A stretch of 64,000 nucleotides of DNA from Azolla caroliniana. Lineage: Eukaryota > Plantae > Polypodiophyta. Under the pieces are notes generated by a model that was not told the DNA's origin, searched no databases, and saw only the letters and a list, made by a program, of their open reading frames with translations. Of this stretch, positions 34,442 to 48,129 are shown piece after piece. The stretch lies in NCBI GenBank assembly GCA_043228905.1, contig JBHGNT010000017.1, forward strand, positions 8,928,001 through 8,992,000, written 5' to 3'. The translations under genes and the position numbers were made by a program. The stretch's first letter is position 1. Each line of letters begins with the position of its first letter.

Positions 34442-37400
34442 TGTTGTAATAAACTAATTAGTTTAGAATAAGTAAAAAGAAAAAATAAATAATAAGACGA
34501 AAAGCTATATGAAATGAAAACGTACACCCCAAAAATAGGGTGCACCTATAACTACCACATCTCCTCTCTGTGTGGTCGGTTGGTTGTAGAGAGAGATAGA
34601 AACTATCATTCAATAAAGTTTTCTTCTTCCCTTTCTCTCTCTCTCTCTCTCTCCATTCCATATTTCCTTATTTTCCACATGGTATCAGAGCGGTGAAGGA
34701 GTCCAACCCCACCAAGATTTGCGTCGTGGTGTTAATAATGAACGTGTGAATTAAAGAAATGATTTTTTGACCATGTCAAACGGTGGAGTGATAGCGAATG
34801 TGGCAGCAAATGCCACCCAGGTATCATCTCTCACTTATCACATTGAAAAATTGAATGATAAAAATTATCAACCATGGCGTATGACCATGGAAATTATATT
34901 AGAATAACATGACTTGTTAAATATCGTTGATGGAACCGACATGTGCCCCGACATTAATGTCCCCACAAATGCACTTGACGTGCAAACATGGAAGCAATGT
35001 GATTTAAACGCTCGCTTAGAACTTCTCCTTCATATGGAGGACACACTTAAGCAAAGTGTGAGAACTTTGACTACCTCCAAACAAATATGGGATATATTAG
35101 AGGTTGATTACCTCCATACAAATGTTACGTCCCAAGTTGCAAATTTAAAAACCTTAATAAATATGAATATGAATGAAAATGATGATGTTGACACATTTGT
35201 TAAAAATTGGAGACTTCGACTTGATGATGTGATCCTTTCAGAACTTAGCTTGCCAAGTTCCGTTCAATCCGCCCTCTTGTTAGGCGCCCTACCCCCATCA
35301 TGGCAACCATTTATAAGTACAAAATCCACATCAACCAACATTAGTGTCCCAACATTAGTGGCATCAATCTCACAAGAAAACATACTTCGTAGGGCAATAA
35401 ATCAACCCTCCTCATCTCACGCTGCACTTTATATCAAACATCCAAATTACAATAAAAAACCTTACAATAAACCTAGATCAACATACCAACCTAATAACTC
35501 CAAATTTTATTCACGAACCTCTAAATTTAATGATTCAAGGAATCATAACAAATCTAGGTTCCTTAGATCCTTTTGCAAAAAATTGAAACGAAAAATTGTT
35601 ATGGGAATTCTAACAACGGGAAAAGAACATATAAAGAAGACCAATCTTACAATGCATCACATGATGAGTACGATCAAAATAATGACATATGTCATAATGA
35701 CCAAAATTCTGATGAGGATAATGAAGATTCTTTCATTGCCTTCATGGCCCTCACTTCATTTAACAACTCTCCCACTTCAACACGGATTCTTGATACAGGT
35801 GCCACATGTCACCTCACCTCCAGAGTTGAATGGCTCAAAGACTATATGGTCTTAGAACATCCTTTCCCGGTTAGATTTGGGAACAATGGGGTTGAATATG
35901 CCCTTGGACATGGAACTGCCCATCTTGAACTTTCTAATGGGAAGTTCATTGAAATCAATGAAGTTTACTACATACCTAACATAGCCAAAAACTTGATATC
36001 TGTCAATAAACTCACAAAGATAATACATCCATCGAGTTTTATCACAAATATTGTATCATTCGTCATAAGAAACCCTTTGGACGAGGCTATGTCGTTAATT
36101 GTCCAAGACAAGGATGTCTTTACCTTTTAGGCCGCTCTGTGGTACCTGCTGAAGAAGCACACCACATAGATGATTCTAACATATCAAACTATATGACCTT
36201 GTCATGGCACTATCGATTAGGTCACTTAAACCATCAAATAATGGTTCACATGGTTCGACAACATATAGCAACCGGCTTTACTCTTCCTACTAAATCGAAA
36301 CTATCCCTTTGCGAAGGGTGTATATTTGGAAAACTCTCTAACTCGCCATTTCCATCCCATCCTATAACGACCACTAAACCCCTCCAACTGGTGCAACTAG
36401 ATATATGTGGTCCTTTGTCTACCCCATCCCTATCTGGAAATGTATATTTCCTAACATTTATCGAGGACTTTACTCGTTTCACGATGGTCACATTTCTCAA
36501 GACAAAATGTAGTGATCAAGTCCTTGAGAAATTCAAAGCCTATCATAAACTTGCAACAAATCAACAAGATTTACCCCTTAAAGTACTCCAATCAGATGAT
36601 GTTGGAAAATTCAAGTCCCAAAACTTCCAAACTTATTGCCAAAACCATGGGATTCAACAACGGTTTACCATCCCATGTACACCCCAACACAATTCAAGGA
36701 TTGAACGACGAAACCGGTTGTATATGGATGCCACTCGTTGCATGCTCACCGTTGCAAACCTTCCCCGAACATATTGGGAAGAGGTTGTTTCAACCGCTTG
36801 TTACATATTCAATAGAACATATAGTCGATCCATTAGGACAACTCCATTTTCCTTGTGGTTTGGAAAAAATCCTAATTATGAAAATCTAAGAATTTTTGGA
36901 TGTCCATCATATGCACTCGTACCATTAGAAACTTGATCAAAATTAGATAATCACGTAGTTCGCAGAATATTTGTTGGGTATGGTATGGTGAACCTCATGG
37001 CTATAAGGGTTATCGATTATACGACCCAAAATCCAAAAGATTTATATTTAGCCGACGAGTGATATTTGATGAAGACAAACTGATATCTAATCCTCACTCA
37101 CATCATGGCTATGAAAACATACAAGATGTGACTACCATGTCTAACATTGAATCCAATAAAGAAGTAATATCATCACCTACTAATTCTTGGCGGGCTCCAC
37201 AAATGTCCTCGGAAATTCAACAAGTCACAATTAACCCTCATCTCTAGAGGTCCACCCACAAGTCTCAGGTTCAACCAATGATTCCAATTTATTGCCTCTA
37301 ATAACCAAACAATCACAACAAACTGATGTACATACTCCAATTTTAAACACTAACCCTACCCAAACTAAAAAGAGTCTTAATAAGCACCATAGCACTCATA

Positions 37401-39614
37401 AGGAAAAACTTTAAGATGGAACACAACTAACTCACATTGATTATTCATGTTCCCATCCTATTAAAAATCTCCCTATCCCACTACGACAATCCTCATGCCT
37501 TAATGGCAAGTTGAAAACCATTGGTCACAATGATGCAAAAGTAATTAAAATAGGATGTTGAAATACTTTATATTCCACTAATAATCAACATGTAGAACAT
37601 ACAAATAGTTTTGACATTGCGAAATCACCTAGTTCACTTAGCTCTACATCCACTCCAAAGAAAGTTCGTACTATTCAAGATCTTTATGATCACACACAAA
37701 AAATAGACGCCCTTGTTGCGGACCATCAATTTGAACATGAGTTTGCATTTTCGGCTCTTGGTTCCCCCTCAACTACATCAGACATTTCTGATGATCCCTT
37801 AACTATCAATGAGGCATTGCAAAGTCCAGATCGTAGTGAATGGCAAGCTGCTATGGCAAAAGAATTTGAATCGCTTGAGGCCAACAAAACGTGGACTCTA
37901 GTACCACTCCCAATGGGACGCTCACCTATTTCATGCAAATGGGTGTTAAAGAAAAAGCTAAACCCTGATGGTACTGTTGCACGTTACAAAGCCCGACTTG
38001 TCGCTTGTGGTTTTTCTCAAGTTGAAGGACTTGACTATTCTAAGACATTCTCACCCATTCTTCGCATGTCATCCTTTCGGCTCCTAATGGCTCTGGCCAC
38101 CATTCTTGACCTCGAGATACATCATTCGGATGTACAAACGACATTTTTACATGGTGATTTACCCGAAGAAATCTACATGTCACAACCTCCTAGGTTTGAG
38201 TCACACTCTCAACCAAACTATGTGTGTCGGTTACATCAATCACTTTATGGACTCAAACAATCTCCTAGGTTATGGTTTCAAAAATTTAACAATTTTATGC
38301 TCTCACATGGCTATTCTAGATTGTTATCAGAACCAAATATATACATTAGACATAATCATACATCTAATCGGTTGTTAGTGGTAGCACTATATGTCGATGA
38401 CATTCCTATAGTTGGAACACCATCTGAAATTACTCAAGCAAAGCTAGAACTTTCCAAAGCATTTTCAATAATAGATTTAGGTCCCCTATCTTATTTCCTA
38501 GGCATGCAAGTTACGGATAATCGTAGTATGGGCATTTTGATAATTCATCAAAATAAATTCATTGATGAAATTTTGAAATCCTTCGGAATGCTAAACATTA
38601 AACCTTGCACTACTCCCTTATCACTAACATGTAACTTAAGCATATCCGATGGTCCAACCACAAAAAGAGATCTTAATTTTATGCAACAATTTCCTTTTAA
38701 ACAATTAATAGGAAAACTTTGTCCCGACCTTTGTTTTGCAATTAATTACCTTTCACACGTTATGCATAACCCTGGCCTTATGCATTGGAAATCACTTCAA
38801 CGAGTTATGCGATATCTAAAACACACATCTAACTATGGGTTAACATATAAATGATCCCAATCCGAAAGACCAATCAAATCACTTGTTGGTTGGTCTGATT
38901 TGGATTGGGGGGGACGTTGATTCTTGAAGATCTACTGTTGGTTTTTCTTTTATAACAGCAAGAGCAACATTGACATGGCAATAAAAAAAACAAGAATCTG
39001 TGACACTCTCATCTGTTGAAGCTGAATTCGTAGCAGTGGCGTTGGCTGCTAAAGATGGACTATGGTTGCAAACAGTGTTAAAAGAACTACAACTATGTGA
39101 ATCGCTTCAATTGAAATCTTTTGCGACAATATATCATGTATCTACTTAATGAAGAATCCAAAGCACTGAGAGAAAACAAAGCACGTGGATTTAAAATATC
39201 ACTTTATACGAGAGTTGGCCAAAGAAAACAAGCTTACCTTAGAGTTTACATCGATAAATCATATGTGGGCTGATTTTCTAACAAAGGCTCTCCCTCCAGA
39301 AAAATTTGAAGCTTGTTGTGAAAATTTGGGATTACAACGATTCACAACTAATTAGTTTATGGGGGGTTGTTGTAATAAACTAATTAGTTTAGTATAAGTA
39401 AATAGAAAAAATAAATAATAAGATGAAAAGCTATATGAAATGAAAAGGTACACCCCAAAAAATAGGGTGCACCTATAACCACCACATCTCTTCTCTGTGT
39501 GGTCGGTTGGTTGTAGAGAGAGACAGACACTATCATTCAATAAAGTTTTCTTCTTCCCTTTCTCTGTCTCTCTCTCCCTCTTTCTTTCCATTCCGTATTT
39601 CCTTATTTTCCACA
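34442..39614 (+). mobile_element. Full-length Ty1/copia C3 (AT-rich, short LTRs), defective
   Basis: LTRs 34442-34679 and 39368-39614, TSD GGCCG, PBS TGGTATCAGAGC at 34680-34691, G-run PPT, gag-PR-IN-RT-RH order. Confidence 0.96.
34773..39354 (+). pseudogene. C3 gag-pol polyprotein, with frameshifts and stops
   Basis: ILDTGATCH (PR); WHYRLGH, CEGC and LDICGP (IN); YKARLVACGFSQ and LYVDD (RT); KTKHVDLKYHFIRE (RH). Confidence 0.93.
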
Positions 39615-40950
39615 GGCCGAACAACCCGCCATCACCAATTACATTGATTGCCCCCATTCAGACACACCTCTTCCCCTCCCCGACCCGGCCGCTGCCAACC
39701 TTGGCTCAACTACCCTCCTCCCACAAGCTGCCACTATCCCACCAGAGGCACCCACGACGCTCTCCAATATTGCCGCCATCAATGAACTCGCTAAGAGCTT
39801 AGCCATGCAGACAACGATGGCCGAAAAGTTGGTTGCTGATTTCAGTCACCATCACCAACAATTGCTTGACCTCTAAATTCGCGATCCGTTGCAATGCGGC
39901 GAAATTGCGACATACTGCCACGAACTCCACTCCTTTTGACACGCCATCAAGGAAGCTGAACATCAGTTAGCGCGACAGCTCAAGCTAGAACGCGATTACT
40001 GTATGCCCAAAATGGAAGAAAGGCATGCCCAACACGCCGATTTCACCAAGGATTTGCAGGAATTCCAAGTACAAAGTGAGATGAACAAAGCTCGGATTAA
40101 ATCCATTATCCTCAAGTACCGACAACGATTGTACTCGCAAATCGAGGATGCTTTGTCGCACTGTTGGAAAGCGTGGTCGACACAAGCGGCCGAATTGCAA
40201 ATTTTCCACACCAGCCACGAGAATCGAGAAAAGGACGGTCACGGATTTTACAAGATGGATGGCAACAACATCCAAATGCTTCGAGAAGACCTCATTGAGG
40301 AATTCTCTTGGCTAGCGCAAACACACAACGAGGATGTCAAGCAACTCCTGTACGACTTCGAAGACGAGCAACTCCAAATCACCCTCGATTTAGAGTGCTG
40401 CAAACAAGAGTAGCTCTTGGTTGAAACAACAACCGAAGCCTCGATAAATGCCGCTGAAGAAGACCCCCCAGAAAGCATGCAACAACCAATAGCAAAAATA
40501 AATAAGAAGTTGATAACCGAGGAGATCAGAAGCAAGGAATAGGAACACAAGAACTCAGTAAACCAACACACCGACATGGGCAATGCAATTAACAAACCAG
40601 TTCCATAGACCACAACAAAGACACGACCAGCCGAATGACCCATGACCAAGGAGCAGTTGGACGCAGAGCCGATACACCAAGAGAAGGAGTAGGATTACGA
40701 AATCCGGACAACTGACAGGCCGACCAAAAGGACACCTCCCAAACCTCCTCAATAGACCACATAGAAGAGCAAGCTATGCCAACAGAGCCAGATCCTTGGC
40801 CTGAACTGTCGGCCGAAGTCATTGACAAACCCGATGACTCACAACACTTAGCAAGCACTTTGCCCATTTTGAAAGAGTGATGTATATTAGAAATTTTTGA
40901 TTTTTAGAGTTATCTATTTTTTGGCGGGTTTGTCCCACGGGCGTGCCAGG

Positions 40951-41458
40951 TGTTACCTGGTGGGATAAGTAGGACAAGTGGGAAAATGTATCAAGAGAAG
41001 GCAAGCACTAAGAGCCGAATCTGAAGGAATTAGAGAGTGAAAAGCGCTGAGCAGACTAGAAGACATATATGTCGAGGAGAAACGAATACAAAGGGGGATC
41101 TAGAGAAGACTAAGCCTAGTAATAGACTAAGGGAGAGTGAGTGAGTATCGTTCCGATTATACTCAGAACTTGTATTTGTACTTGTACGCTACAGTTAATC
41201 GAATATACATATATACTTTGTGGGTAACTTCGTGTCTATCTCATCTCGATACATATATCTATATAACATTCAGTCTATGTAAGAAAGAACTACGAATCGG
41301 TTGTAGCCGATTCCACAGTGTGTCAATCTCATTCTCTGTAAGAGAATCAATTCCACACTCGTTAGTACCCTGTGACCTTGAGTCTCTTGCGCACTACGAT
41401 CCCTTGACCCGATTACTCCAGAGGGTTAATCAAAGGTGTTCTCAAGGAGGGAGTAACA
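40951..41458 (+). repeat. 3' LTR of G5
   Basis: TGTTAC...GTAACA; homologous to 28598-29104. Confidence 0.88.
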
Positions 41459-43725
41459 ACAGTGTTTTGGAACCGTTACCACTTTGAATGTTTGGGTGCC
41501 AAACTCCGGATTTTGGGCCAATGGGTAGATTTGACACTTTAGCTGTCTTGAATGACATTCAATGCTAACCGCACTGATCTTACTTTAATTTGGAAACAAC
41601 TAATACTTGCCAAAACTAGTTAGTAGAAAAACACATAATGAGTGTTCTAATGTTTGGGTGGTTAGTGTGGATCTGTATGTATGTATATATATATGTATAC
41701 GTATGCGGAAAGCGTTTGTGTACCTGTTCACTTATGCACATAAAACAACACACACATAAAATACAGTGAATCGAGACTTAGATAGTAGATCGAGCTTTAA
41801 TGGAAAGCTTCTTATTACTTCGTTCTCTCTCAGAGATACAATATTCTTCTCGTCATCACTGATTACAATGTTAGGTATTCGCTTATGTACTAAGCCCTAT
41901 TAACGAATTCACACTCGGACGGATACAATTTGAAAGGAGTCGGCCTTTTATGTCAAGAAACTCCCCCGTAAAAGGACTACTCTTTCTTGCATGTACAAGT
42001 GCTTGGGGTTATCTCCCCCATAAACCTAGATTACAAATTTAACTAGATTTTATGTTACAAGTCTATCGGCAAGTAGCCGAGTCGGCAGAGGTATAGTATG
42101 AGTATCGGTCAACTCTTACCTTATGCTGCTCATTCGACTTTCTTCTTCTCCGTCGCTTGTCGTAGCCCCATCTTTGTCCTTAGTGTTCCGAAGCATTGAT
42201 TTGGGAGTAGCTTTGTCAGGCAATCAACGATGTTCACCCCGGTGTCAATCTTCCGGATTTCAAGTTTCTTCTCGTTCATGAGCTCCCGGATATGATGATA
42301 CCGCACCTCAATGTGCTTCTTCTTCGCATGATAGATGGGATTGTTGATGCGGTGTATTGCACTTTGTGAGTCGCAATAGATGGTCGGCGTTGGTCGGTCG
42401 TTTCGGTTTGCAATTCCAAAGTCGGTAGTCAGTTGGTGCAACTAGATCGCTTCCTTCGCTACTTCCGACACTGCTATTACTTGGCTTCTGTGGTAGACAA
42501 ATCTATGCACTCTTGAAGTTTTGACCTCCATGATATTGCACTGCCACCATAGGTGAAGTTGTAGCTTGATGTCGATTTCCGATTATTTGTATTTCCGGCA
42601 TAGTTGCAATCGGTGTAGCCTTTGACTTCGGTTGAGGTTGTCAGTCTGAAAGTCAGTTGTGCATCCAGGGTTCCTTTTAGATACCTAAAGATGTGCTTGA
42701 CATCCTCCCAATGCTTCTTTACTAGGTTTGACATGTACCAATTGACCACACTTACGACATAGGCTAGGTTGGGTCGGGTTGCCACCATTGCGTAAATGAT
42801 ACTTCCTACAGCCGATGCGGAGGGTATCTTTCCATTAAGCTTTCTCTCCTTGTCCGTTGCAGGAGAGTTTTTGTCCGATAGTCTGATCGACGTCAGAAGC
42901 GGTGTCGGTACTGGCTTCGCATTCTCCATGTTGAAGCGCTTCAACACCTTGCGGATGTATTCGAACTGGGAGAGTTGGAGAGTTTTGGTCGTCCGATTTC
43001 GCCCAGTTTGTGTCGGTCTTGTCCGACTTCCTTCATCGCGAACTTTGCGTGAAGGCTCCGCTTCAGCTTACCCATCTCTACTTGATTGCTTCCTTCAATC
43101 AACATGTCGTCGACGTATAGGATCAGATAGATCCTGGACTCCTTGGCTAGTTGCCAAACATACATGTATGGGTCGGAATCTGTTCTGTTGTATCCAAGTT
43201 GCCATATGTAGGAGTCAAACTTCTGGTACCACATTCTCGGCGCTTGTTTTAGGCCATATAGACTTTGCTTTAGTCGACATACAAGGTGATTGTCCTCCCC
43301 CATCGCTGTGAAGCCTACCGATTGAGACATGTATATGTCTTCTTCCCGATCTCCATGTAGGAATGTCATCTTTACGTCCATCTACTCGAGCTCTAGATCT
43401 TTTGTCGCCACGACTCCTAGTAGGAGTCGAAGGGTGGTCATCTTGACTACTGGTGAGAATATCTCGTTGTAGTTGACCCCGTATTCCTGTTTGAATCCCT
43501 TTGCGACAATTCGAGCTTTGTAGTTGGGTTTCTCTAAGTCAGATACATACTTGTATTGGAAAACCCATTTGCAAGGTAGCGGCTTCCTTCCAACTAGAAG
43601 TTCGACCAGTTCCCATGTCTGATTCTGATAAATCGAGTCCATTTTGGATTTCAGGGCTTGTAGCCATGTTTCGGCGTCCGATGCGGCCATAGCTTCTTCA
43701 TACGTGCTTGGTTCGCCTGCATCCA

Positions 43726-45957
43726 TATTAGAGACATAGACTAATGTAAGCATTAGATAAGGATAGAATATAGATGAATAGATAGATCTAGATAGAGAGG
43801 AGAGAGAGAAAGAAGGGTGTTGATCCACTCGACCACCCCCGAGCGAAGGGATCGAGACGAACTCGAGCCTCGATCGGTGTCCCATACCACCGCCGTGGCA
43901 TTGAGTCGTACCTGGTGTTGGCGCGCTTGCTACAAGAGTTGACCCACCACAAGACAGAGTCTCGACGTAGTCAACAAGATGATCAAATGAGGGTAGCTAG
44001 GCCTCTTATTTATAGAGATACCCAAGGCCCCCAGGCAAGTTCACACTTGGCCTAATGGGTTGTCTCAATCCTGAGGATTTAAAAGTAATCCTCCCCTTCT
44101 TTACACTCTCGTTTAACCCTCACACTTATCCACATGTATAGAATACTACGGTAAATTCTCACCACGGGATATTATATGGTCATGCCCGTAACATACTCCC
44201 CCTCTTTAAAACATTGCACTCTTGCAATGGAAAGTGAGGGAAGTTAGTTCTGAGAGTATGTTCGTGTTCCCATGTGGCATCTTTTATTGATTTATCCATC
44301 CATTTTATTTTAAATTCTTGGATTTCTTTAGTACGTAATTTTCTTGTTTTAACATCGAGAATTCTTCCTGGTACATGTGGTTTAGAAGATAAATCTTCAA
44401 AAGTAACCAGAGTTTCAATTGTAACTGTATTGTCGCCAGAACCTAGAAGTTCTTTTAGACGACTCACATGAAAGACTAGATGAATTCCAACACCATCAGG
44501 AAGAGCGAGACGATAGGCTAATGACCCAATGCGTTTGAGGATTGTAAAAGGTCCACGAAACCGTGGGGCTAACTTAGCGCACTTACCCATAGACAATGTC
44601 TTAGAATTGTGAGGTACACGTAAAAATACCTTCTGTCCAGGGTTGAATACACGAGGTTTCTTATGATGATCAACATAAAAACGCGCCCTATCTTGAGCTG
44701 TTTTTATATTATCTCGTGCAATATGCAACATATCTTGCATATCCTGAAGAAAGTTTTGCGTACTTTGCAACTCATCATGATGTATATTAACATCAATCAA
44801 GGCTCGTAGCTGGAAACCATACATCAACATAAAAGGACTATATCCCATCGACGTATGCTTGGAGCTATTATAACCAAACTCCAAAATTGGGAGATAACGT
44901 TCCCATTCTTTTGGTTTTGCACCAACATATGCTCGAAGCATGTCCTCAATAATTTGATTTACTCGTTCTATTTGTCCATCGGATTGAGGATGATCCGTGG
45001 AGCTCATGCTGAACATAGTCTCTAACTTCTTAAAGACTTGCGTCGAGAAGTCACTAGTAAATTTTGGATCTCGATCACTCACGATATCCATCGGTAACCC
45101 ATAAAAACGAAATAACTTGTCAACAAATTGGTAAGCCAATTCAGGAGCTGTTATCGTGGTTTTAGTAGCAATAAATCTGGCCATTTTAGTTAGTCAATCA
45201 ACCACAACCCAGATGGAATCATGGCCTTTTTAGGTGCAAGGAAGGCTAACAATAAAATCCATGGATATACTTTCCCACTTATTGTTCGGGAATGTCCAAG
45301 GGATGTAAAAGTCCTGCGGCTTTAAGTCACTCGGCTTTGTTAACTTGACATTGGTGACATTTAGTCACATAGCTATGTATGTCAGGACGCATCTTAGGAC
45401 AATAAAATTCAGTGGAGATGAGAACGAGTGTATGATGTATTCCAGGGTGCCCTGCTAAGGGTGCATCATGGCATTAAAAAAAATCCTCTTTTTTATCTGG
45501 AACACAAACCTTCCCATTACGGTAGAGCAGACCGTTAGCAATGTGGAAGCATTCCTTCGAGGATGTGGTGGTGTCTGTTCCAGACTCAACTCTTGCCCAA
45601 TATTTTGCAAAATAACTGTAATCAAGATACTTTCCTTGAAGGTGATCATAAAGATTTGATTTTATTTCAGTGAAGCTAAGCATGTTAACTTCACGCATGC
45701 GACTTAGTGCATCAACGATAGTGTTCATGGAACCTTTACGATATCGTATGGAAAAATCAAAGTTCTAGACGAGATCAGCCCATCGTGCCTTACGACCTTT
45801 CAGGTCTTGTTGGTCACAAAAATATTTCTCAATCCCGAGGATTTAAAAGTAATCCTCCCCTTCTTTACACTCTCGTTTAACCCTCACACTTATCCACGTG
45901 TATAGAATACTACGGTAAATTCTCACCACAGGATATTATATGGTCATGCCCGTAACA
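43726..45957 (-). mobile_element. Chromovirus (Ty3/gypsy) G6, internally deleted, retaining integrase and chromodomain
   Basis: TSD ATCCA (43721-43725 / 45958-45962), 3' LTR 43726-44193, PPT just inside it, 5' LTR remnant 45827-45957. The host frame DYVNYMD|[10 protein letters not shown] is restored when the element is removed. Confidence 0.92.
44180..45184 (-). pseudogene. Integrase core/C-terminus plus chromodomain
   Basis: IVSDRDPKF, HPQSDGQIER, KLAPRFRGPF, then ILDVKTRK...FKIKWMDKSIKDATWEHE. Confidence 0.88.
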
Positions 45958-48129
45958 ATCCATGTAGTTGACATAGTCAAGGCCCGGTTGATAAAACTTT
46001 CTTTGCCTTCGAGCTCGTCCAGATCTCCTGGGTGCCGTAATATCTGGTTTGGATCCTTCGATCGGTATTTGTTGAACCAGTTGTGTTAGGAGTCTTGTTA
46101 GGTGTCCCACCCCCGGTTTGGGATTTCGGTGGTGTTTGGTTGTCCTCCCCTATGGTTGTCGTCGACTCTTCTTGACTTGTCTCTTGGTGACTTTGCCTTG
46201 ATCGATCCTTGTCGATTCGGCGATTTCTTTGAAGACTTTGTCTTTGAGATCGATGATAGGAGTTGTTTCCAATTCCGTGTTGGTAGGGAAGTTGGTAGCT
46301 TGTTGGAGTTCGACTATTTTTCGAGTCTCCGATTCAACTTGTTGGATCGGTCCTTCTACGGCAGTGTTGTCATCTTCGAAGGATAACTTCTTACCATCTG
46401 TTTTCTATTGGTTCTACTGAGAGAAGTTAGAGTCTTCATTGAAGACTACGTCGCTGCTCTGAATCAATTTCTGGTTCTCAGGGTCCCATAGCCGGTAGCC
46501 GAAGTCCCCATCGGTTCCATAACCGACAAATATGCACTTTGTTGCATGGGGGCCAACTTTGTCCTTTTCTCCCTAGGGATGAAGGTGTAGGCTTCGCATC
46601 CAAATATACGAAGCCTATCGTAGGTCGTTGTTTGCTTGACCATAGTGTTTGTGGCATTTCGAGCCTGATTGCTCTTGACGACGCTAGATTTATCAGGTAC
46701 ACTGCCATCTGGAATGCCTCGGCCCAGAATTCCAGCTTCAGTCTGGCTTGTTGGAGCATTGTCGTCACCCTCTCCTGGATCATCCTGTTGATCCGTTCTG
46801 CCACTCCATTTTGCATGGGTGTGTAGGGAATGGTCTTTTGGTGTCAGATCCCTTTTCCAGACAAGTACTATTTGAAGGCTCTGGAGGTGTACTCCCCTCC
46901 GTAGTCGGATCAGAGTGTCTTCACTCTGTATCCCGACCGGTTCTCCACTTCAGATATCCATCAAGTGAAGACCTCGAGTGCTTCATCTTTGGACTTGATG
47001 GAGTATGCCCAAACTTTCCGTGTACAGTCATCTACGAATGTGATGAAGTACTAGGAGCCTCCTAGTGATTGCTCTGGCATGGGACCACATTTATCTGTGT
47101 GCACAAGCTCTAGGGGTTGTCGTACCGTCTCATAGTGGAGAGAGTGCGGACTTTGGGTCTGTTTCCCATATCGACAATGCTCGCAGAAGTCCGTCTATGC
47201 CTGGAGTTTTGGGATGTAGCCGATCGACACTAGCCGATCAAGCTTGGCTTGAGACATGTGGCCAAGTCGGCCATGCCATAGGTTCGGGTCGGTTTTCTCG
47301 GCTACGCTCACGGCCCCTTTAGGGTTGATTACCATAAATGGGTATAGATTATTATACTTATGCCCACTACCGATTTTGAGGTTTCCTTGGCTGATCACCC
47401 ATGTTGACTCGTGTAGAGTTGTTCGATACCCGTATTCAGCTAACATGCCGATGGAGACCAGAATCCTCTTTAGATCGGGTACGTACCGAACTCAGTGCAG
47501 GGTTATTGTGTTGCCATTGGGCAATCTGATGGCAACCTCCCTGGTTCTAGCTATCTTGCACTCCTGCCCGTTTCCCAGTCGGACTTTCTGATTTCAATTC
47601 CTGTTCCGGATGTTGAAGCCATATTCCTTTTATGAAAGTAAGATTTCTAACCTGGCCTTATCCTCTCAGCTTCTTCTGTTGTCAATTGCCGTCGTGCAAC
47701 AAGGTCGCTTTGATACCAGTTGTGTCTCTGTATGTATCTATCTATCTATATATATATATATATATATATGCACACGTATGCAGAAAGCGTTTGTGGACCT
47801 GTTCGCTTATGCACAGAAAACAACACACACAGAAAATACAGTGAATCGAGACTTAGACAGTAGATCGAGTTGTAATGGAAAGCTTCTTATTACTTCGTTC
47901 TCTCTCAGAGATACAATACTCTTCTCATCATCACTCATTACAATGTTAGGTATTAGCTTATATACTAAGCCCTAACTTATTAACGAGTTCACACTCGGAC
48001 GGATTCAGCCTTTGATGCCAACAGTGAGGGAGAAATTAAGCAAAAAATGTAAAAATAAAATATTAAGTGGACAAAAATTTAATCTAAATAAAAAATAGTA
48101 CACTTCACTTTCGTAATCTCATCCTCATT

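Larger units (their letters stand above)
28598..41458 (+). mobile_element. Ty3/gypsy element G5 (G3 lineage), old, pol deleted, hosting two copia insertions
   Basis: 5'-truncated LTR ~28598-29104 and LTR 40951-41458 (both end GGAGGGAGTAACA, clearly diverged). PBS TGGCATGCCCGG at 29110-29121, gag remnants homologous to G3 at 29200-30870, extra-ORF region at 33516-34441 and 39620-40900. Confidence 0.8.
41666..48023 (-). mobile_element. Ty1/copia C4 with both LTRs; most of gag deleted; hosts G6
   Basis: LTRs 47721-48023 (5') and 41666-41958 (3'), near-TSD GTTAG/GTGAG, iMet PBS at 47707-47718, PPT at 41961, IN, RT (LYVDD) and RH fragments. Confidence 0.9.
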
